Assembly: GCA_965218195.1 (NCBI GenBank)
Contig: OZ244593.1
Location: forward strand, 436,873-500,872
Direction: 5' to 3'
Length of the DNA: 64,000 nucleotides
From: Chloroflexota bacterium
GTDB lineage: Bacteria > Chloroflexota > UBA11872 > VXNJ01
In this document: positions 30,090 through 37,996 of the stretch, piece by piece
Position numbering within the stretch: the first letter of the stretch is position 1
Layout: every line of letters starts with the position of its first letter
Notes under the pieces: generated by a model
Database searches by the model: none
What the model saw: the letters and a program-made list of their open reading frames with translations, nothing else
Told to the model about the DNA's origin: nothing
Made by a program: the position numbers and the translations under genes

Positions 30090-30967
30090 TCATCGCCGGG
30101 GAACCCGGGACCACGTTTCACACGATTTACCGTCGAATAGCCGGCAGGACGTTTGCGGTCGCGACGTTAATCGCAACGCTGCTTGGCGTGGCCATGCTCG
30201 CCGTGCTGATGTTCGACGTATTTCGAGACGGCGCCAGCGAGGTGGACGGGCAATTTCTAACCAGCTATCCGTCGCGGTTTCCGGAAAAGTCGGGGCTTAG
30301 GTCGGCCCTGCTGGGAACGGCCTGGATGCTTGGATTGACGGCCGCCATGGCATTTCCTATCGGGGTCGGCGGCGCAATCTATATGGAAGAATACGCGCCC
30401 AACAACTGGCTTACGCGCGTGATTCAGATAAACATCGCGAATCTCGCCGGCGTGCCTTCCGTTGTTTACGGTTTGCTGGGGCTGGGCGTGTTCGTCCGAA
30501 CGATGGAGCTTGGCCGGTCGGTTCTGGCCGGTTCGATGACGATGTCCTTGCTGATACTGCCGCTGATCATCGTTGCCTCTAGAGAGGCTATCAGGGCCGT
30601 GCCGGACTCGCTTCGCGAAGGGTCGCTGGCGTTGGGCGCGTCGCGCTGGCAGATGGTGTCCCGCACCGTGCTGCCGGGCGCCATGCCCGGCATTCTCACC
30701 GGGACCATTCTGGCTCTTTCACGGGCGATAGGTGAGACGGCTCCGCTGATCACCATCGGCGCCCTCACTTACATAGCGTTCGATCCGCAGGGGCCGATGG
30801 ACCTGTTCACGGTTCTGCCGATACAGATTTTCAACTGGATATCGCTGCCGCAGAAGGACTTTCATAGTCTGGCGGCCGGCGGCATCGTCGTTCTGCTGGT
30901 CGTGCTGCTGCTTAGCAACTCAGTTGCCATATTCATACGAAGCAGATTTGAGCGGAGGCGGTATTGA
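30086..30967 (+). CDS. pstA: phosphate ABC transporter permease PstA
   Basis: '[24 protein letters not shown]'; 4-nt overlap with pstC. Confidence 0.85.
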   Translation: MIIAGEPGTTFHTIYRRIAGRTFAVATLIATLLGVAMLAVLMFDVFRDGASEVDGQFLTSYPSRFPEKSGLRSALLGTAWMLGLTAAMAFPIGVGGAIYMEEYAPNNWLTRVIQINIANLAGVPSVVYGLLGLGVFVRTMELGRSVLAGSMTMSLLILPLIIVASREAIRAVPDSLREGSLALGASRWQMVSRTVLPGAMPGILTGTILALSRAIGETAPLITIGALTYIAFDPQGPMDLFTVLPIQIFNWISLPQKDFHSLAAGGIVVLLVVLLLSNSVAIFIRSRFERRRY

Positions 30968-31794
30968 TCGATCTGCAAGTAGGCAAGACAGCCGTACGCG
31001 GGCCCGAACCGACGCAGCCGGAGGCGTCGGAAAAAATAATCCTCTCCACCACGAATCTGAGCTTTTGGTACGGAGAGAGAAGAGCTCTCGACAGCATCAG
31101 CATGGAGATACCCGCCCGGCAGGTTACGGCGATCATCGGACCGTCGGGATGTGGAAAAAGCACCTATCTGCGATGCTTCAACCGTATGAACGAGCTGATT
31201 CCCGGCGCTACCCTGGACGGCTCCGTTGAGTTTCGCGGCAGGGATATCAACGACGGCCGCGTCGATCCTGTAAGTATTCGGCGGCAAATAGGCATGGTGT
31301 TTCAGAAGCCGAATCCTTTCCCCAAGTCCATCCGCGACAACATCGTCTTCGGCGCGAAGGTAAACGGGATCTCCGTGGACCTGGACGAGTTGGTGGAGAC
31401 GTCGCTTCGCAAGGCCGCGCTGTGGGACGAGGTCAAGAACGATCTAAAGCAGAGCGGCCTCGCTCTGTCGGGCGGCCAGCAGCAGCGCCTCTGCATTGCG
31501 CGCGCGCTGGCCGTCGAGCCGGAAGTCATCTTGATGGATGAACCGTGCTCCGCGCTCGATCCAATCGCGACTACCCGCATCGAGGACCTGATCCGAACGC
31601 TAAGGGAGACCTACACGATCGTTATCGTCACCCACAACATGCAGCAGGCGGCGCGAGTCTCCGACAAGACCGCCTTCTTTACGGTGGGCGATAGCGGGGG
31701 CGGGGAGCTCGTCGAATTCGACGACACTCATCGGTTGTTCACGACGCCAGGCGATCCACGGACCGAGGCTTACATAACCGGGCGCTTCGGTTAG
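30964..31794 (+). CDS. pstB: phosphate ABC transporter ATP-binding protein PstB
   Basis: Walker A 'GPSGCGKST', signature '[15 protein letters not shown]', Walker B 'ILMDEP'. Confidence 0.9.
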   Translation: MIDLQVGKTAVRGPEPTQPEASEKIILSTTNLSFWYGERRALDSISMEIPARQVTAIIGPSGCGKSTYLRCFNRMNELIPGATLDGSVEFRGRDINDGRVDPVSIRRQIGMVFQKPNPFPKSIRDNIVFGAKVNGISVDLDELVETSLRKAALWDEVKNDLKQSGLALSGGQQQRLCIARALAVEPEVILMDEPCSALDPIATTRIEDLIRTLRETYTIVIVTHNMQQAARVSDKTAFFTVGDSGGGELVEFDDTHRLFTTPGDPRTEAYITGRFG

Positions 31795-31823
31795 CGTTTC
31801 CAACCGTCGGGCGGCTGCGTGTC

Positions 31824-32534
31824 CTAGCCCTCGCCGGCCATTTGGCTAACTTCGTCCCGAATCACTTCGAGAATGGCCGAGAAGGTAACGGCTATGGGGC
31901 CTCGCGCGTCGATCATGACGAAATCGTGGACCGCCGCGAGCCGGCGGAACTCGGCGATCATCTCGTTCTGATAGTCGATGTAGGTCGTGTGCTGGTCCTG
32001 CCCCCGCAGGAAGTCTTGCCCCGACTCCCAGTAGTCGAATCCGCCCGCACTGGCAAGGATTCGGGACAGCAGGCGCTCGACGTTGACGTCCAGGTAGATT
32101 ACGCGGTCCGGAACGGCGGCGAAGCCGTACACGTCCTGCATCCACTCTGGCGATACGCCCCTGACTGACGCCCGGGCTATCAAGGAGTACATGTAGCGGT
32201 CGGCCAGTACGATCAGCCCCGCCCGGAGCGAGGGAATTATCGTCCGTTCGAGGCGGTCGGCGAAGTCGGTTGCATAGAACAGATTCAGCGTGAGCGGATC
32301 GAGCTTATGTCCGGTCTTGGCCCGCTCGATTCCCTTACCGGCAAGCTCCGATCTGGTAAGACCGGTGTCCACCACTCCATAGCCGTGATCTTCCAGCCAT
32401 TCCTTGGTAAGCCGAATGTGCGTGGACCGGCCCGAGCCGTCGGGCCCCTCGAACACGATCAGGCGCCCCGGGAAACTGCCGTCGTCGGCTCTCAGCGGAG
32501 GCTCGCCGTAGAACTTCAGCTTCCGCTCGCTCAC
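31824..32534 (-). CDS. thymidylate kinase-like (dTMP kinase family) protein
   Basis: P-loop 'VFEGPDGSGRSTH', 'LADRYMYS' dTMP-kinase motif. Confidence 0.6.
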   Translation of the reverse strand: MSERKLKFYGEPPLRADDGSFPGRLIVFEGPDGSGRSTHIRLTKEWLEDHGYGVVDTGLTRSELAGKGIERAKTGHKLDPLTLNLFYATDFADRLERTIIPSLRAGLIVLADRYMYSLIARASVRGVSPEWMQDVYGFAAVPDRVIYLDVNVERLLSRILASAGGFDYWESGQDFLRGQDQHTTYIDYQNEMIAEFRRLAAVHDFVMIDARGPIAVTFSAILEVIRDEVSQMAGEG

Positions 32535-33274
32535 CGCCCGAAGAGCTCCGGCATGTACCGGCCGCTGAGATCGAATTCGGACAACGCCCCGGCCAGGTCT
32601 CCATCATCGGCTTTGGTCACGCCGGTCAGGTGGGGTTCCACGGCCTGCCGCATCTTCCGCTGCTGTTGGACCAGCGACTCGGTGGCGTCGATTCGATACA
32701 GACCGAAATCGTCGACCATGCCGCTGTATTCGTTCTGGATCATTTCCTGGAATAGTCGAAACGATTCGAACGGATTGTCACTCAGCCCCAAGTCCATTCC
32801 GGCTTCGTAGTATTTGACAGCCTCGCGTCCGACCTCGATTCGCCGGATAGCTTCGTCGGGAGGTACGTCGAAGTAGAAGGCAATGGTTGGCTCTGGCGCG
32901 AATGAATACAGCCGCCGCAGCCATTGCGGATCCATCCCTCTCGCGCCATCGCGCGCGTACGCCGTGTAGACGTATCGATCGGCCAGGACGATAGCCCCTG
33001 CCCGGAGCGCGGGAAGTATCTGATCGTTTACCCGGTTGGCGAAATCACACGCGTGAATCAGGCTGAAGCTTAGCGGCGTCAGCAGTCGGCGGCGCTTTCC
33101 CCGGCGCGTGGTCCTGCGGACGATTGGCGACGAGTTCCATTCGGTAAAGACGACCAGGTATCCCCGGCTCACAAGCCATTTGTGCAGCAGGTCGATCTGC
33201 GTGCTCTTGCCTGAGCCGTCGATCCCCTCCACGACGAACAGCTTGCCCGGCAGATCCCCCTGTGGTGAATTCAA
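32531..33274 (-). CDS. thymidylate kinase-like (dTMP kinase family) protein, tandem paralog
   Basis: P-loop 'VVEGIDGSGKSTQ', 'LADRYVYT'; 4-nt overlap with downstream paralog. Confidence 0.6.
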   Translation of the reverse strand: MNSPQGDLPGKLFVVEGIDGSGKSTQIDLLHKWLVSRGYLVVFTEWNSSPIVRRTTRRGKRRRLLTPLSFSLIHACDFANRVNDQILPALRAGAIVLADRYVYTAYARDGARGMDPQWLRRLYSFAPEPTIAFYFDVPPDEAIRRIEVGREAVKYYEAGMDLGLSDNPFESFRLFQEMIQNEYSGMVDDFGLYRIDATESLVQQQRKMRQAVEPHLTGVTKADDGDLAGALSEFDLSGRYMPELFGR

Positions 33275-33279
33275 ACGGT

Positions 33280-33990
33280 TTATGCCGCCGCCCCCCGTAC
33301 TTTCAGCAAGATTCCCAGTGCGCTTGCGAATCGTCTCTCCAGCCCGCGCTCCGACCAGGCTTCGAGTCCCGCTCCGCAGATGGTCAGATCGCCGGCTTCG
33401 CGATAGACGCGCAGGCGGCCTTCCGCGTCGACGGGTAAACGGCGGGCGACTTCGTCAGCCGCTTCCAGTATCGCCGCGGCGCCGGGCAGATAGCTGGAGC
33501 CGTGCTTGCCGGCGTCGTCGATGTAGCGCTCGAGATCGGGCCCGTTCCTACCGGCCATCTTCAGCGCCCCCGCCATAAACGCGATCTCCGAATGCAGCAA
33601 TCCCCTCAGATCGCTCGATTCGACGATGCTGGCGGCGTGGGAAAAGCGGTTGTGGAAGTCCATGCTGCTCCCCGCCTTGAGGACCTGCGCGGCGTAGCGC
33701 ACAAGCTTTTTCAGTTCTTCGGGCGTGTCCGGCGACGCCGCTTCGACCAGCGCCAGGGTCACGTCGCGGCAGCGCTGCGCCGAATCATGCCGCCACGATC
33801 GAAACCTCGACGAGAGCGCCACGATCGAACGTTCCCGCACGGCGGCCACGCTGGGCAACGAGTCGCCTTCCAAATCGAGCGCCAACCCCTCCCGCAGACC
33901 GTCGCCCGAAATGATAATCGACTCAGCGCCAAGCGCCCGGACGATGGCATCGAGAACGACCCCGCCGCGCGCCGCGCGATCTGTCCCACG
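33280..33990 (-). pseudogene. Ppx/GppA phosphatase, C-terminal portion only (N-terminal ATPase domain missing)
   Basis: 'ISGDGLREGLALDL' (end of domain II) followed by HD-like helical domain; ORF 5' end runs into a REP palindrome and the RAYT gene. Confidence 0.45.
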
Positions 33991-34013
33991 TAGGGGCGGT
34001 TCGCGAACCGCCC
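33991..34013. repeat. REP-like palindrome GGGGCGGTTCGCGAACCGCCCC, copy 1
   Basis: perfect palindrome; five copies in the window. Confidence 0.8.
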
Positions 34014-34096
34014 TCGCTGAAATAGGACCCGGCAAGACCCGGGGGCGTTGCCCATCGCGTCGCCGACCAATCCGGTCCGGCTCGGCGACCGCCGCC

Positions 34097-34768
34097 TCAA
34101 TAGGGACGTGTGCGGTCGGCTTGGATTTCAGGATTGTATTTATCCAACTCCCACTGGGTTGGATTGTTGACGATGTACTCGCGAACGCCGGCCAATTCCT
34201 CGTCGTCTCGAATAACGCGTTCGTAATAATTCCGCTGCCAGATCGGTCTGCCAGGAGTTCTTCGGGCGAGGTTTAAACGCTTCGTTGAAACGGTTTTGAA
34301 TGCGCCGATCATGCGTTCCAAAGGTTGACGGCGAACCGGCGTTTGGGCGGTTCGCGAACCGCCTCTACACGGATCGGTCATGGCGATAATGCCGTGCAGA
34401 TGGTTCGGCATCACGACGTATTCATCCAGCGTCACGTAGGGATACTGCACGGCCAGCCATTCCCATGAATCTCTAACCAAACGCCCGGTGTCGTTCAGTT
34501 GGACTGCGCCGTCCACGACGCTCCCGAACAAACATGACCTGTCCCGGACGACGACCGTAACGAAATACGCCCCGGCTTGAGAGTAGTCGTACCGCTCCAG
34601 CCGAATCGAACGGCGGTCGTGGATCCTGGGATCGTAGGTCGTAGCCCGTTCCTCCGACGCCAATGCCCGCGTTTCCTTCAAGCGGTTTTGAACATAGTGA
34701 TCATACGTCCCGGATATTTGGATTGGACCGAAACGAGCGATAGGGTCGGATATGCGCCCCTCGACCAA
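34097..34768 (-). CDS. REP-associated tyrosine transposase (RAYT; IS200/IS605-like Y1 HUH transposase)
   Basis: 'YDYSQAGAYFVTVVV', HUH motif 'MPNHLHGII', catalytic Tyr context 'WQRNYYERVIRD', 'YIVNNP'; flanked by REP copies; ORF 5' extension probably not translated. Confidence 0.75.
   Translation of the reverse strand: MVEGRISDPIARFGPIQISGTYDHYVQNRLKETRALASEERATTYDPRIHDRRSIRLERYDYSQAGAYFVTVVVRDRSCLFGSVVDGAVQLNDTGRLVRDSWEWLAVQYPYVTLDEYVVMPNHLHGIIAMTDPCRGGSRTAQTPVRRQPLERMIGAFKTVSTKRLNLARRTPGRPIWQRNYYERVIRDDEELAGVREYIVNNPTQWELDKYNPEIQADRTRPY
34345..34366. repeat. REP-like palindrome, degenerate copy inside the RAYT ORF
   Basis: tGGGCGGTTCGCGAACCGCCtc; translated in frame as 'RGGSRTAQ'. Confidence 0.7.
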
Positions 34769-34863
34769 GGCCCGTGCTGAGCTTGCCTGCCGTGAGTCTG
34801 CCGAACCGGCCGAAGTGCTCGCGGCGAACGGAACAGAAGGGGCTGTCGGCCTGCCGTCCCACC

Positions 34864-34887
34864 GTAGGGGCGGTTCGCGAACCGCCC
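34864..34887. repeat. REP-like palindrome, copy 3
   Basis: gtaGGGGCGGTTCGCGAACCGCCC. Confidence 0.8.
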
Positions 34888-34893
34888 TTCAGG

Positions 34894-35031
34894 CTATTTC
34901 GTCTTCTTCCTTTTCGGCAACGTCTCTACGACGGTCGTCTTCGGTCGGCGCTTAGCCTCCTTCACCGGAATGAACTGGCCGGTCCCGGCATCACGGCCGA
35001 TCTTGCGTTTGGCACCCGTCTTTCTAGCCAA
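34894..35031 (-). CDS. small basic protein (45 aa), not in ORF track
   Basis: perfect AGGAGG SD 6 nt before TTG start; product 'MARKTGAKRKIGRDAGTGQFIPVKEAKRRPKTTVVETLPKRKKTK', pI very high. Confidence 0.45.
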   Translation of the reverse strand: MARKTGAKRKIGRDAGTGQFIPVKEAKRRPKTTVVETLPKRKKTK

Positions 35032-35113
35032 TTGTGTCCTCCTTACGACACTATGCAATACTTAATGTGATACTAACATTAACCTAACATCCAATGAGAG
35101 GAGCGACTGAAAA

Positions 35114-35865
35114 TACCGTCGGCAATCGAGTGGACGGACGAGACGTGGAATCCGGTCACCGGCTGCACCCGCGTATCGCCCGGATGCGACAACTGCTATA
35201 TGTTCGCCCTCTACCCCCGCCTACGGGCCATGGGTGTCGTCGGCTATGCAACCAGTCCCGACGACGTTCGCTTGCTTCCCGAGCGCCTCTCCATCCCGCT
35301 CGCTTGGAAGAAACCGCGACATGTTTTCGTCAACAGCATGTCCGACCTGTTTCACCACAGCGTCCCGTTCGATTTTGTCTTTGAAACGTTTGATGTCATG
35401 CGGAGAGCGGCGTCCGAACGCGGCCATGTATTCCAGGTGCTGACAAAGAGGCCGGGACGCGCCGTCGCTTGGTGGAATCAATACGAAGAACGCTTTCCGG
35501 AAGGCTGGCCGCGCAACATCTGGATCGGTACGTCGGTCGAGAGCCAGAAATACGCGCCGAGGATCACGGTTTTGGAGCGGTTGCCCGCGCCGGTGCGTTT
35601 CGTGTCTGCCGAGCCGTTGCTGGAGCGGCTGGAACTTATGGAATGGCTGAAGCGCGGGGCGTTGCAGTGGGTCATCGTTGGCGGCGAGAGCGGCTCCGGC
35701 GCCCGGCCCATGGATCTGGCGTGGGCGCGCGACCTGCGCGATCAGTCCAACAAGGCCGGCGTCGCCTTCTTCCTCAAACAGCTCGGCGGCGTACGAAACA
35801 AACGCGGCGGGGACAAGGCGATCATCGACGGCGAGTATTGGCGGCAAATGCCGGTTGCGGCTTAG
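35114..35865 (+). CDS. phage protein Gp37/Gp68 family (DUF5131); start codon uncertain
   Basis: conserved N-terminus 'IEWTDETWNPVTGCTRVSPGCDNCY' lies upstream of the first ATG (35200) and directly after an in-frame TGA; AGGAG at 35099. Confidence 0.65.
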
Positions 35866-35981
35866 CGCGCAGTAACCGTTCGCGGAAGATTTAGTCGAAA
35901 CCAACTTTGCGGCTATCCTTCAGCAATACCGGGATCAAGGCGTGCGAAGCTTGTAGTGCAAGCAGTCGGAGGGGATACCCC

Positions 35982-36752
35982 ATGCGTCAGCATCGCCGAT
36001 ATAAGAACCCACCGATAGAAGAGGCTATTTGCGAGTTCCGCTTCAAACCAGGCCCAGATTGGGATCTCACAATTCCCGGTAAGCTCCAGAGCAAGCTTGG
36101 CGACGAATACTCCGGTAAACCGCAGCAGAGAACAGTTGTCGAAGTTGGCCTGGAAATGCAGGCAGGACGGCCTTCCGAGTTACGGCATGGTGAAAGACTG
36201 GGGATGGTCCAGCTTGTCACCGAGAACGGCAAGCGTATGGTTGGCGTTGGATCGGACATCCTAAGTGTCAGCATGTTGCGGCCCTACCATGATGTCTCTC
36301 GTCCTGGCGGTAGCGGGTGGGATGAGTTCCAGCCCCGTATAGCGGATGCGCTTGATGCGTATAAGAGTGTTGCAGAACCCGTTGGCGTGTTTCGGATCGG
36401 CATCCGGTATATAAACAAGATTGCCATTCTACAGAACGAGGTACGAGTCGAGGACTATCTCAAGTGTGCATTGCCGGATGTGGATGGCCTGCCCGACCGT
36501 CTGAACAACTTTATTAGTCGTGTTGAATACACGTACGAGGACGGAGTGCGGCTTGTCTTATCTCAGGGCTTGATCAACGCGCCGTCGGACCATGTTGGCT
36601 TTCTTCTTGATCTTGACGTTATATGGGAGAACACCAAGCCGATTACGCTAAACGAGGCGTTGTCGAGGGTGGAAGACTTGCGCAATCGTGAACGAGACGC
36701 GTTCGAGACGGTGATTACGGATGAAGCGAGGAAGCTCTTCGATGCAGATTGA
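35982..36752 (+). CDS. TIGR04255-like protein (conserved hypothetical), first gene of low-GC three-gene operon
   Basis: 'MRQHRRYKNPPIEEAICEFRF' matches the characteristic N-terminus of the TIGR04255 family as I recall it; GGAGGGG SD; local GC about 52%. Confidence 0.5.
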   Translation: MRQHRRYKNPPIEEAICEFRFKPGPDWDLTIPGKLQSKLGDEYSGKPQQRTVVEVGLEMQAGRPSELRHGERLGMVQLVTENGKRMVGVGSDILSVSMLRPYHDVSRPGGSGWDEFQPRIADALDAYKSVAEPVGVFRIGIRYINKIAILQNEVRVEDYLKCALPDVDGLPDRLNNFISRVEYTYEDGVRLVLSQGLINAPSDHVGFLLDLDVIWENTKPITLNEALSRVEDLRNRERDAFETVITDEARKLFDAD

Positions 36753-37470
36753 AGCCAACACGCTTGTACATTCCAAGACTTCGACCTTTGGTCCACTTGC
36801 TCTCGCAGAGATCAACCAATCGGGTATGTCCTATGATCCCCCACCCCCTTTCGCAAACGGCAAAGAATCGCTTGCGGCTTCTTCAGATGCCGCATTGCTA
36901 CAAGAACGCATGGTGGCGCTTGTATGCGATTTGTACCTTGAAAGGATGACTACAGGTACGGTCGACGCGCTGCTCAGCGACCTGATCTTTCCGATGTACG
37001 TGGATGTGTCCTTCCTCGCCACTCAAGCGGACGCGCAAGAGTCGTCTACTGTGGCGAGAGAAACGGCGCGACTCTTGAACGAATTGCAAGCGGCCTTTGA
37101 AGCGGATCCCCTTGAGGATGGAATGGACCATCCGGCCGAGCGGATCATTGAAAGAGCATTGCGCCATACGGAAAACCAGCACGTTCTTGACTGGTTAGGG
37201 ACCGTCTCGTTGGATTCCGCGCAACCCAGCTTCGCGGCGTCCGTTCTGCGTTGCTTAGGACGTATTGAACATGTGGGGACAGCGTCATGGTGTGCGCAAC
37301 TCGTGCGGAACGGTCTGGAATTAGACGACGTTGAGATCAGAGACGCTGCGGTGCAGGCGGCAGAGTCGTGGCGCGACCCGGATATTGTGGACGTTTTGGC
37401 CGCGCACGATGAGCCTGAGCCTTGGCTTAGAGACTACATTCGAGACGTAATTACCGACCTCCGAGACTAG
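36742..37470 (+). CDS. hypothetical protein (helical), second operon gene
   Basis: ATG overlaps upstream stop by 11 nt (translational coupling); no recognisable motifs. Confidence 0.5.
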   Translation: MQIEANTLVHSKTSTFGPLALAEINQSGMSYDPPPPFANGKESLAASSDAALLQERMVALVCDLYLERMTTGTVDALLSDLIFPMYVDVSFLATQADAQESSTVARETARLLNELQAAFEADPLEDGMDHPAERIIERALRHTENQHVLDWLGTVSLDSAQPSFAASVLRCLGRIEHVGTASWCAQLVRNGLELDDVEIRDAAVQAAESWRDPDIVDVLAAHDEPEPWLRDYIRDVITDLRD

Positions 37471-37473
37471 GTA

Positions 37474-37989
37474 ATGTTCCTGGCTCGAAAGATCACGCGC
37501 GCCAAGTGGAATCCAAAGAACGGGTTGTCAGCAGGCGAAATCCCCGCCGACGCTGTGACCGTTGATCTGAGGACACGGGAGAACTCGCTATCTTTCTGGC
37601 GGTGTGGACTTGGGGAAAAGGAACAAGTCGAAGAGGCGGCGCTTGCAATAGCCGCGGCTGGCGATCGCGTTGATAGGCTGGACCTCGTTTGGCTTACAGA
37701 TGATGAACTTGGCGCTGACGGTCAAACGTGGAGCGATACGGACGGACAGACACCTGTTACAGACTTGATCAGGCGACACGTTGATGTATACAGGCTCGAC
37801 TACGTTCGTCTAGGAAACGTCGCTAGTCGAGTTGTCACCGCGTTGACAGAACAACGGTACTGTCGGCTCCCAAAACGCCGCGTTACAAATCTCCTAGCAG
37901 CGGCAGTTAGAGAAGGACGAGTCGCACTCACCGACTTGCGGGAGGGGGTCCGCATAGAAGTGCGTAAGTCGCTCTATGCCGGTCCATGA
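37474..37989 (+). CDS. hypothetical protein, third operon gene
   Basis: starts 4 nt after previous stop; 'MFLARKITRAKWNP..LSFWRCG' N-terminus; no match I can name. Confidence 0.45.
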   Translation: MFLARKITRAKWNPKNGLSAGEIPADAVTVDLRTRENSLSFWRCGLGEKEQVEEAALAIAAAGDRVDRLDLVWLTDDELGADGQTWSDTDGQTPVTDLIRRHVDVYRLDYVRLGNVASRVVTALTEQRYCRLPKRRVTNLLAAAVREGRVALTDLREGVRIEVRKSLYAGP

Positions 37990-37996
37990 AATTTCC

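Noticed and set aside
33280-34035. N-terminal 15 aa of ORF 33280..34035 ('MPGPISARAVREPPLRG') and similar 'GGSRTA/REPP' peptides in ORFs 34752..34955, 45552..45773, 49362..49547
   Set aside because: These are translations of the REP palindrome in different frames and are not genuine coding sequence.
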